IMG/VR virus record: IMGVR_UViG_3300036785_000305
Location: 2,232 to 66,231 of that record
Length of the DNA stretch: 64,000 nt
Direction: 5' to 3' (one strand)
Source: a virus
Lineage: Duplodnaviria; Caudoviricetes
In this document: in pieces, positions 56,170-63,854 of the stretch
Numbering within the stretch: position 1 is the first letter of the stretch
Layout of the letters: every line of letters starts with the position of its first letter
Program-made: the position numbers and the translations under genes
Notes under the pieces: generated by a model
Databases searched by the model: none
Seen by the model: only the letters and a program-made list of their open reading frames with translations
Told to the model about the DNA's origin: nothing

Positions 56170-56254
56170 TGTATCCCCTTTTCTGTTCAGTGACTATTCC
56201 CTCTAGCCACTCTCCGGGCGACAGGCGCGGTTACGCCTGCCTCCCAGAGGGCAG

Positions 56255-56365
56255 TTACAGGAACTCTTCCGGCAGTTCCTCTAGCCAGTAGGCGCGACTG
56301 GAATGCTTAGGCTTATATGCCCAGCCGTTCCACCATCGTGCGAGGCGAATCAGGATCTCGCTCAT
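56255..56365 (-). CDS. 36-aa cassette peptide
   Basis: ATGA coupling; TAA is part of the hairpin 4 base; translated by hand. Confidence 0.45.
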   Translation of the reverse strand: MSEILIRLARWWNGWAYKPKHSSRAYWLEELPEEFL

Positions 56366-56646
56366 CGCGGCGGGAACAGGTCGTTGAAGTTCGTGCCGGG
56401 CGCGTACTTGCTGGCGTCCACGCCACGATAGAACTTGACCAGACGGCCGAGGTTCTCATGATGAGGAGCGACGGTATCGAAGCTGCCGTGCGTAGTGCGG
56501 TGCCACGTCTGAACGTAACCGCCGGGGTAGTCATTCGAATGACTGGCTACCTCGGTGATCTCACAGACCCGAAGGTCATTGTTCCAGAACTTGAGACCAA
56601 CCTCGATCGGGAAAGCGTCGACACTGTAGTGCGTCGCCTTGTCCAT
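56362..56646 (-). CDS. cassette protein
   Basis: ATG after repeat RBS. Confidence 0.6.
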   Translation of the reverse strand: MDKATHYSVDAFPIEVGLKFWNNDLRVCEITEVASHSNDYPGGYVQTWHRTTHGSFDTVAPHHENLGRLVKFYRGVDASKYAPGTNFNDLFPPR

Positions 56647-56739
56647 TGTATCCCCTTTTCTAGTGACTTCGACTTTCGATAGCCACTCCCCGGACGACGG
56701 TGATTTCTCGCCGCCGTCCGGAGGGCAGTTACCTAATGC

Positions 56740-56991
56740 CTAGAGGTCGAGCTCAGCCAGGATATTGCCGTCGCCGACCGGCGACATATCCTCGGCGACA
56801 TCCTGCGTCTCAATCGCGTAGGCGAGGTCGCGCAGGCAGGCTCCGACAGTCTCGCGGTCGATGCCGTGGCCGAGAGCGATTCGCGCAGCCAGCGTCGAGT
56901 TGAACTCAAGCAGTCCGAGCGCGAATGCCTTACGCTCGTGCGCTTCCTCGTAGTCGCCAACAACAGGCTGCTCGATTTCGCCGTTGCTCAT
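56740..56991 (-). CDS. acidic cassette protein
   Basis: ATG after repeat RBS. Confidence 0.6.
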   Translation of the reverse strand: MSNGEIEQPVVGDYEEAHERKAFALGLLEFNSTLAARIALGHGIDRETVGACLRDLAYAIETQDVAEDMSPVGDGNILAELDL

Positions 56992-57068
56992 CGTAATCCC
57001 CTTTTCTAGTGGCGTACGTTCGTAGCCACTCCCCGGGCGACACCGCTTAGGTGCCGCCCAGAGGGCAG

Positions 57069-57254
57069 TTACGCCGTAGCGTACTCGGAGAACATTGCCC
57101 AGTTCTCGGGAAGGGCACTCCACAACTCGCGGAGTTCCTCATCGTCGACGACGAGCGGCCTGCTGAACCGCTCGCCGTCCCGGAGCAGCACGATCCGGGA
57201 TACGCCGAGCAGGTGGGCGTCGCACTTATTCCGGCCGTCGCACGCGCAGGCCAT
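57069..57254 (-). CDS. cassette protein
   Basis: TAATG coupling; stop within hairpin 6 base. Confidence 0.55.
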   Translation of the reverse strand: MACACDGRNKCDAHLLGVSRIVLLRDGERFSRPLVVDDEELRELWSALPENWAMFSEYATA

Positions 57255-57385
57255 TACTTAGCCGCCTGCGCGTAGAACTCGATCTTGCTCTTCAGCGCGG
57301 CGCGGATGCTACCGGGCGCCTCAACGGCGTCGAGCAGCCACATCGCGGTGTTGGCGAGTTCCCGGATGGCTTCGTCCTTATCCAT
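57254..57385 (-). CDS. 43-aa cassette protein
   Basis: ATG after repeat RBS. Confidence 0.55.
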   Translation of the reverse strand: MDKDEAIRELANTAMWLLDAVEAPGSIRAALKSKIEFYAQAAK

Positions 57386-57460
57386 CTCAATCCCCTTTTC
57401 TAGCAGCCGAATGGCCACTCCCCCGGCGACGGCCGTAGCCGCCGCCCGGAGGGCAGTCAC

Positions 57461-57712
57461 TTAGTCGCAGGTACAGCCGACCAGCTTCGCCGGCAGGTGA
57501 TTCGGAAACTGCCTCGTAATCGGGCAGACCGGCCGGAGGTCCCTAGCCGGGCACGGGCATTCCTCGGTACGCCAGGTGACGTAGAAGATGCTCCGCGCCC
57601 CGATGTAGCTGATGTTCTTAGTGCTCCATCGGAGGTCAGGATGGTTAACGCACGTCAGCTCGATGTGCTCGCCGTACTCGGCGAAGGCTACGATGCGACC
57701 GTCGTTGTCCAT
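57461..57712 (-). CDS. Cys-rich cassette protein
   Basis: Exactly fills the space between hairpins 8 and 7. Confidence 0.6.
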   Translation of the reverse strand: MDNDGRIVAFAEYGEHIELTCVNHPDLRWSTKNISYIGARSIFYVTWRTEECPCPARDLRPVCPITRQFPNHLPAKLVGCTCD

Positions 57713-57793
57713 TTATATCCCCTTTTCTATTCAGCAGCCTGGATGGCCACTCCCCGGGCGACGGGGAAACCCCGCCGCCCGGAGGGCAGTCAC

Positions 57794-57898
57794 CTAGCCG
57801 TCGATCTCACCCATATCGATCAGCATCGCGCGTGCCTCTTTAGCGTTCTCCGCGAGGCCACTTTCGACGAGTGCCTGGATCTTAGCCTTAGTGCTCAT
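57794..57898 (-). CDS. 34-aa cassette peptide (MSTKAKIQALVESGLAENAKEARAMLIDMGEIDG)
   Basis: Exactly fills the space between hairpins 9 and 8; translated by hand. Confidence 0.6.
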   Translation of the reverse strand: MSTKAKIQALVESGLAENAKEARAMLIDMGEIDG

Positions 57899-57978
57899 CG
57901 TTATCCCCTTTTCTATTCAGCAGCTACGATAGCCACTCCTCGGGCGACGGCCGAAGCCGCCGCCCAAAGGGCAGTTAC

Positions 57979-58371
57979 CTACGCCTTCCTACGGCCCAGT
58001 GCCTTACCGTCCGCGTCGCGGTTCGCCGGTGACTTCTGGAAGTGCCCGTACGCCTTAATCGCGATATAGACAAGCCTCTCGTCCATCGCGACGGGAAGGG
58101 CGTACAGCTCCGGGAACTCGGCACGCAGCCAGTCGCAGTAGCGCTTCGCCACGGGCGAGAGTTCCTTATCGGCGTAGCCCTTAAGGCCAGACGATACGGT
58201 CGCCTTCTTAGCAGACTCCGCAGCGGACTTCGCCTCCGCCAGTTCCGCCTCCGCAGCCGCGATCCGTGCGTCGCGCTCGGCGAGCAGGGCCTTAAGCTCA
58301 GCCAGCTCGGCAGCAGCGGACTTACGGGCGGCACGGGCGACGGTCGCCGGAGTAGCAGTCTCGTTAGCCAT
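57979..58371 (-). CDS. coiled-coil + YGHFQ-family protein, copy 3; first gene of cassette operon
   Basis: GAAAAGGGG RBS; 'YADKELSP...YCDWL..EF...DERLVYIAIKAYGHFQKS'. Confidence 0.7.
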   Translation of the reverse strand: MANETATPATVARAARKSAAAELAELKALLAERDARIAAAEAELAEAKSAAESAKKATVSSGLKGYADKELSPVAKRYCDWLRAEFPELYALPVAMDERLVYIAIKAYGHFQKSPANRDADGKALGRRKA

Positions 58372-58762
58372 TTTCTTCCCCTTTTCGAGCATTTTCGACT
58401 ACCGGGATCGGTAGCCGGCGCGCACGTTCGCGAGCAGTTTTCGACGGCTTCGAAAAGCACGCGAACGCGACGCCGGGTAGATATCCCGTACGGAGCACCC
58501 ATCGGTAAAGAGAGTGCTCCCTAGGAAAAGGGGGGATATTCGCTATGTAGGTTTCAAGAATCAGTCGGGACGCTCCGGGCCGAATCGCTAAGGGCACTAC
58601 TAATACCCTATCGTCGCTATCCTACGGAGCGGGACGGGAGCACCTCCCGCCGAGCACCTTCGCCGGTCCCCCGCGCGCGACGCGCGCGCGGCCCGGCCCA
58701 CCCTCCTATCTAACGGTCTAACCTTATAGCTAAAGCTTATCGTACTATCCGGCCCTAGCATA

Positions 58763-59225
58763 TAGCTATCTAGGACTATCTTAGGACTAGATAGGGACTA
58801 GATTTTCGTAGCCCAAAATAACTAGTCGCGCGCCTATCGGTCGTAGTCCTTTAGGACTAGATTTTCGACGCACACGTAGCCCGAAAGGACTAGACGCGGG
58901 TGGGCGCGCGTAGCCCGAAAGGACTAGTCCCGCGACGCACACACCGCCCGAATTAACTACTCGCGGCGGGCGCGACGTAGTTCGAAGTAACTAGTCCGCA
59001 TAGCCCGAATTAACTAGTTCGCGCCCATCGGTGGGGGCTCGAAAGGACTATCCGTGGGTCCATCGGTCGTAGTTATTCCGGAGGGTATCGCCATAGTTAT
59101 AGGGAGGGGGTCGACTACACTCGCGCGTAGTTCGAAAGGACTAGGCCACGCCCATCGGTGGGTAGCCCGAAAGGACTATAGGCGACCATCGGTGACTGTA
59201 GTCGACCCCTCCCAGATAACTAGTC
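58763..59225. repeat. phased array of 17-bp quasi-palindromes (TAGYYCGAAWKRACTAG)
   Basis: Units at 58809, 58844, 58877, 58911, 58944, 58978, 59001, 59035, 59128, 59163; non-coding. Confidence 0.8.
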
Positions 59226-59311
59226 CGGGACCGGCGTAGCTGGGGCTCATAGAAATCGCAACCAATTTTTAGCAGCGTCTAAAATGGGGGAATTCCTGTT
59301 GCGTAGACGTG

Positions 59312-59345
59312 AAAAAGCCCGGCCCCCATTGCTGAGGACCGGGCT
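59312..59345 (-). terminator. rho-independent terminator
   Basis: AGCCCGGTCCTCA-GCAA-TGGGGGCCGGGCT-TTTT on - strand, after the 59385-60979 genes. Confidence 0.75.
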
Positions 59346-59384
59346 CTGGCTAGACCCACCCGCGTGGGCGGCTACTGGGGATAG

Positions 59385-59597
59385 TTAACACGCGGGCGGG
59401 GGCTTTTGAGAGTTTTTGATTTCATCCGGATCCAGGCTGAACAGGATCTTCAGGTCGAATGCTGCGTGCTGGGCCTCTTCGGCTGCTGCGTGTGCCTTCG
59501 CCCGGTTGCCGGAGTATGCCGCGGCCAGGCATCTACGCACGGCAACCTGGACTTTGGATGCGGCTGCGGTGAGCTCATCACGAGTCGGCATTGACAT
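59385..59597 (-). CDS. hypothetical protein
   Basis: TGATG coupling. Confidence 0.5.
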   Translation of the reverse strand: MSMPTRDELTAAASKVQVAVRRCLAAAYSGNRAKAHAAAEEAQHAAFDLKILFSLDPDEIKNSQKPPPAC

Positions 59598-59836
59598 CAG
59601 ACTGGGTATCCCTGTTCGTTGTAGCGTTCCTCTTCGGCGGCGTGTTCCTCGCAGAAGTATGGCACACGCGGATCTCCATCGCCAAAGATCATGGCTACCT
59701 TGGCTTCCCGCTCGCAGCGCGGCTCGGTGCCGTACCGGCTCCAGTCGCATCGATGCCCGGTGTCAGGGTATAGCTCGAAGTTAGTGTCCCCACAGCCATT
59801 GCACGCGATATCGGCGCGGGTGATTATGATTGGCAT
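59597..59836 (-). CDS. hypothetical Cys-rich protein
   Basis: Operon packing. Confidence 0.5.
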   Translation of the reverse strand: MPIIITRADIACNGCGDTNFELYPDTGHRCDWSRYGTEPRCEREAKVAMIFGDGDPRVPYFCEEHAAEEERYNEQGYPV

Positions 59837-59838
59837 GG

Positions 59839-60252
59839 CTACCCCGTGAACTTCACGTTGACGACTTCGGCGCCACTAGACTTTTTGTCGCCAGACCTCT
59901 CGCGCTCTTTGGCGCGGCGGTTTAGCTCGCGGCGAATTGCGGCGCGGTGCTCTGCCGACATGAAGAACGGGCTCCACTCCCGGCCCTTTGTGTTGATGAA
60001 GTCCTTGGGTGAGTACCCACGAGGGTAACGGTAGCTGTTCTTGTTAGAGTCCAGGGTCCAGCTCGACGTCATCACCCGCGTCCGGACTACGCCGCATCCT
60101 CGCTCGCACGAGCCAGTCATTGCGTATGACCCGTGGCGTATTCGCTCAATCGAGTCGTACAGATCCGCGTCCCACACGTGACCGAGGTCCCAGCAGACGA
60201 GGATGATAGTGTCAGTATCGGATAGCCATCTCTTAAAACCAGGTTCGAGCAT
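59839..60252 (-). CDS. hypothetical protein (C...GH.W...C..CG)
   Basis: AAAGG RBS; metal-binding pattern. Confidence 0.55.
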   Translation of the reverse strand: MLEPGFKRWLSDTDTIILVCWDLGHVWDADLYDSIERIRHGSYAMTGSCERGCGVVRTRVMTSSWTLDSNKNSYRYPRGYSPKDFINTKGREWSPFFMSAEHRAAIRRELNRRAKERERSGDKKSSGAEVVNVKFTG

Positions 60253-60421
60253 TCATTCGCCTTTTCAGTAGGGGTACGACGGGCCGGTTATGAGGGCGTG
60301 GTTTCGGTCACACTCCGGCCCGCCGTACGGGGGTGTATTGCGAGAATCATCACACCTTAAGCATCACCGTCCCTCCCGTCGGTTTACCCGGACGGTACTA
60401 GTATACCGTACCCAGGGCCTA

Positions 60422-60979
60422 TCAGGGAAGAGGGAATTTATAGTCAGGATATTTAGGATCTCCTGGCCAGAGCGATATAGCAAATTCTGGGTTCTCAGCA
60501 GCCCGGCGTAGGGCAACAATGGCGTGTCTGGATGCCGCCCGGATATGATCACTTCCCTTTACCCAGAGCTGCCATTTATGTAGGCGCTCATCTGTTGCCG
60601 TACCGAACGCCAAGGCGCGGGACTGGAAGTGAAGAGTTGAGTCGCCCATTCTCTTCTGGTACTTAAGCAATGTCAGCATCGCGCCTATGCGAACAGGGGA
60701 AAGGGTCTCAGGGTCCGTCGACTTGAAACCTGGGTCCTGGTCCCAGGCCTCGCAGATAAGAGCTGGCCCGTACATGTAATCAAGGGACTGAATCTCACCA
60801 GCGAGCCGCGCCAGCTCTACGGCCTGGTATGCTTCATCGCCGGTGAACTCGCCGTAGTCAATTTCAAGGATCTTCCGTGGCTCATTGCCGAATATACACT
60901 TGCGTTCTACAGTTATGACAAACCAGCCGGTCGTCGAGCCAGGGTCGATGCCCATTACGTGGATGTTCTTCGGCGGCAC
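60422..60979 (-). CDS. RuvC-like Holliday junction resolvase
   Basis: 'MGIDPGSTTGW', 'ICE', 'DHIRAA.RHA'. Confidence 0.7.
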   Translation of the reverse strand: MPPKNIHVMGIDPGSTTGWFVITVERKCIFGNEPRKILEIDYGEFTGDEAYQAVELARLAGEIQSLDYMYGPALICEAWDQDPGFKSTDPETLSPVRIGAMLTLLKYQKRMGDSTLHFQSRALAFGTATDERLHKWQLWVKGSDHIRAASRHAIVALRRAAENPEFAISLWPGDPKYPDYKFPLP

Positions 60980-61140
60980 ATTCCCTCCTGTCCCCTTGCC
61001 AGGCTGACCAGGATACTCCGATGCGGCCTGGCCAGCCTGGGCGCTGACCGGAAAGGCGAAAAACCGGCAAGGCGCAAGTAAATCCTACCGTACCGGCCGG
61101 GAAAAGGGAAGGGGGCAAAGGAAAAAATTCTATTTTGATA

Positions 61141-61169
61141 TAGACTTCGCTCGTAACCTAGCGTATACT
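61141..61169 (+). promoter_or_regulatory. promoter TAGACT-N17-TATACT with upstream A/T tract
   Basis: Upstream of prim-pol. Confidence 0.6.
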
Positions 61170-61331
61170 TAGAGTTTACCTAGAATTTAAGTTGGCGGGC
61201 CGGGGAGCAAGGGGAGGGAGCTTCAACCCAGCCCGCCAAGGCGATGGTTACCGTAGGAGGGGTCCATCTATGAACGAGTATACCCGGTCGCGGGCGAGAA
61301 GTAAAGCCCGAATTACGAACATCTTTAAAAC

Positions 61332-62318
61332 GTGAGCCTGCGAGGGGAGAAACACTTCCCATTCCTCGTCGCGGCAGAATACTACCGCAGCCTAGGCTGG
61401 TCAGGAACGATCCCGGTCACTCGCTGGGGAACAAAGGCTCCGCTTGCCAAGGGAGTAACTGGTTACAACGGTGTTGATGCTGGTACTGATCTACTTGCGC
61501 AGCTTATATCCGAATTCCCGACCGCTAATATAGGGATTAGACTGCCCTGGGACGTCATTGGGATTGACGTAGATGCCTATGACGGTCGTCAAGGCTGGAA
61601 GACAATACAGTATATCGAGCGCAGGGTTAACTGTCCACTGCCGCCGACCTGGCGCTCGACCTCCCGCGCACCCGAAGATGGTGTTTCAGGAATCTACCTG
61701 TACAGAGCGACCCGCGCCAGGACACAAGTATGGGTAACGGACCTTGGCGTCGGCTCTGGAGTCGAGATTGCGCAATTCCATCACCGGTTTGCTACCGTTT
61801 CACCTAGCATTCATAACACGACCGGCCGTGAGTACAAATGGTGGTGGCGAGAGATCCTGGTTGACCCACCGCGCCCAGAAGAGCTGCCTGAACTGCCTGA
61901 GCCCTGGAACCAGTACCTGCTATCCTCGCGCGAGTACGTAACAAACTCGGCGAAAGCTGCCTCGAAGGATGTACTAGCCTGGTTCGCCCGTGTGAGTGGC
62001 GGGGAGATGTGCCGTTACATGGGCCTGGAGGCTGATAAGGAAGCCATCAAGATAAAAAGGGCGATTGAACAGGGCGGTCTTCACGATTGCGTCGTCGCGG
62101 CAGTCACTCATTTGTGCTCTAACGCGGCCGAGGGGCACCGCGGCCTTGAACTTTCGCTGAATATTCTCGAAGATGCCTTTATGGCAGCAGGACGGCGACG
62201 CAATCTCCGGTCGGAGTGGGAGTCGGCCGTCAATACAGCAAGAGCAAAGGCGGCGTCATTGCCGCAAGAAGATGTAGACGTGTGCTCGATGCGTGCGGAA
62301 TGGAGGCGGACATCGTGA
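61332..62318 (+). CDS. bifunctional primase/polymerase (prim-pol)
   Basis: 'KAPL', 'ANIGIRLP..VIGIDVD', 'PPTWRSTSR', 'SPSIH..TGREYKW'. Confidence 0.85.
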   Translation: MSLRGEKHFPFLVAAEYYRSLGWSGTIPVTRWGTKAPLAKGVTGYNGVDAGTDLLAQLISEFPTANIGIRLPWDVIGIDVDAYDGRQGWKTIQYIERRVNCPLPPTWRSTSRAPEDGVSGIYLYRATRARTQVWVTDLGVGSGVEIAQFHHRFATVSPSIHNTTGREYKWWWREILVDPPRPEELPELPEPWNQYLLSSREYVTNSAKAASKDVLAWFARVSGGEMCRYMGLEADKEAIKIKRAIEQGGLHDCVVAAVTHLCSNAAEGHRGLELSLNILEDAFMAAGRRRNLRSEWESAVNTARAKAASLPQEDVDVCSMRAEWRRTS

Positions 62319-63415
62319 GTAGCGATAACGGGCAACGGAAACTCCGTGGAGGAATACAGCAGGTTAGAATTAGTGATATCCCGACCGCCGAGAATGACCC
62401 TTACCCGGCCGCGAGAGCGCGCATATTCGCTAACCGGCAAGCAAACGAGGAATATGACCAGGCAATCCTGGTCGAAGGCGGCGATGAAGCACTATTCGAT
62501 ACCATCAATACCGCCGACATAGGCGAGCCAGCGACGGTCGAGTACAGCGCTAGTGGTGTTCTACTGTCTACGGGCATCCATAGGATCTCAGGGCCACCCG
62601 GAGGCGGCAAGACTAGGTTCGCCTACTGGGAGGTCATACAAAGGGTCAAGGCAGGAGAGTACTGGGCAGTCTTTGACCAGGAGATGGGCCCGGAACGTTT
62701 CAAGCAGGCAATGATTCAGCTCGGGGCGACCGATGAAGACCTCGGCAATATCGACTACGTCATCACAAAGAGCGGCATAGTCCCGAATCTGGTTCGCCAC
62801 GGTCGTGCTTTCATGCGGTTCCTCAACAAACGGCATATCGACGGCATACTATACGACTCGCAGACGGTATTCCTTGGGGCTTGCGGGATTTCTGAGAATG
62901 ACGCACAAGGCGTCAGGAACTGGACTGTATCTGCGTGTTCCGATATCGGATGCGCTATCATAGTAGACCATATAGGACGTGGAAGTAATGAACATGGACG
63001 AGGATCATCTGATAAAGAAGCAGCTTGTGATGTCGACATTATACTCAAAGTCGACATGCCGTTCGCTATGGGATTGCACGGCTCGATAGTCCTGAAGGTG
63101 AATAAGGACCGATCCGGAACAATACCAGTCGGCTCGGAAATAGCCGTGAATGTAGTGTGTAACCCGGACGACGACGGTATGGTATTTAGCCCGGCTTCCT
63201 GGGGGATAGCAGACTATTCGGACCCGCTTACGGTAGCAGAACATCTATCGCTACTTCTCATAAGGACAGGCCGCGATTACGCTCTAGCGCGAGAACTACA
63301 AGCAGAACTAAAAGGCCAAAAGCAAGATCGTCTAGCAAAGATACAGGAGGCGGTCGAGAATGGTGAAATAATCGAGGAAATTGTAGGAAGAACTCGTCAT
63401 TATTCTGAGGTATAA
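62315..63415 (+). CDS. AAA/RecA-like replicative helicase
   Basis: GTGA overlap; Walker A 'GPPGGGKT', 'ILYDS', 'IIVDH', 'RGSSDK', 'KDRSG'. Confidence 0.8.
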   Translation: MSSDNGQRKLRGGIQQVRISDIPTAENDPYPAARARIFANRQANEEYDQAILVEGGDEALFDTINTADIGEPATVEYSASGVLLSTGIHRISGPPGGGKTRFAYWEVIQRVKAGEYWAVFDQEMGPERFKQAMIQLGATDEDLGNIDYVITKSGIVPNLVRHGRAFMRFLNKRHIDGILYDSQTVFLGACGISENDAQGVRNWTVSACSDIGCAIIVDHIGRGSNEHGRGSSDKEAACDVDIILKVDMPFAMGLHGSIVLKVNKDRSGTIPVGSEIAVNVVCNPDDDGMVFSPASWGIADYSDPLTVAEHLSLLLIRTGRDYALARELQAELKGQKQDRLAKIQEAVENGEIIEEIVGRTRHYSEV

Positions 63416-63566
63416 AATACGGTACCGCTCGGTACCGCATCCCGAATTCGTACCGGATCGGCACTAGGCGAGTATCGGTACGTACCCCGGATATACCCGT
63501 AGGGTATCCGGTAGGTACCGTATACGAGTGCCCGGGGACCGAAAGATATACTGCAAGGATGTATAA

Positions 63567-63854
63567 ATGGGAACTAGAAGCTATACGGTAATGGTTTGGC
63601 TAGCGAATCACCCCGGGTCAACGGCGTACGAGATATCTCGTGGCATTCCTGGCGCGGACCCTCTCAAAGTGCTGGATATTCTGTTCGAAGCGGAACGGGA
63701 GAGTTTTGTTACCTGCCAGCGCGAAGTGAATGGGTTGGCATTCTTCTGGTGGGTGAAGTTCGACCCGGTGCCGGTCCGCCTAGTTAATGATAAAGCGCCC
63801 GGAAGTCCTGTGGACCGTCCGTCTTTGGGAAACGATGCCACCGGGCACGGTTGA
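63567..63854 (+). CDS. small winged-helix-like protein
   Basis: 'WLANHPGSTAYEISRGI' HTH-like pattern; AAGGA RBS. Confidence 0.45.
   Translation: MGTRSYTVMVWLANHPGSTAYEISRGIPGADPLKVLDILFEAERESFVTCQREVNGLAFFWWVKFDPVPVRLVNDKAPGSPVDRPSLGNDATGHG

Larger units (their letters stand above)
54661..57978 (-). repeat. array of nine ~70-87-nt conserved hairpin + RBS intergenic elements
   Basis: Copies at ~54661-54730, 55211-55282, 55687-55761, 56172-56258, 56649-56732, 56996-57072, 57390-57460, 57716-57793, 57902-57978; consensus GTRACTGCCCTNNGGGCGGC-loop-GTCGCCNNNGGAGTGGCYAT-N-AGAAAAGGGGAT. Confidence 0.92.

Noticed and set aside
54661-57978. Canonical integron attC sites or rho-independent terminators
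   Set aside because: No GTTRRRY R' box and no tyrosine recombinase in the window; no U tract follows the stems.
54945-58597. Long alternative ORFs and N-terminal extensions running through the hairpins (e.g. 54945..55733, 57975..58502)
   Set aside because: GC-rich shadow frames; the conserved RBS pinpoints the true shorter starts.
58763-59225. CRISPR or mini-CRISPR array
   Set aside because: Units are degenerate 17-mers with ~17-nt spacers that are partly repeated, too short for CRISPR; no cas operon is present.
61191-61240. tRNA or ncRNA upstream of prim-pol
   Set aside because: Only a simple ttggcgggc/gcccgccaa stem; no cloverleaf, T-loop or CCA.
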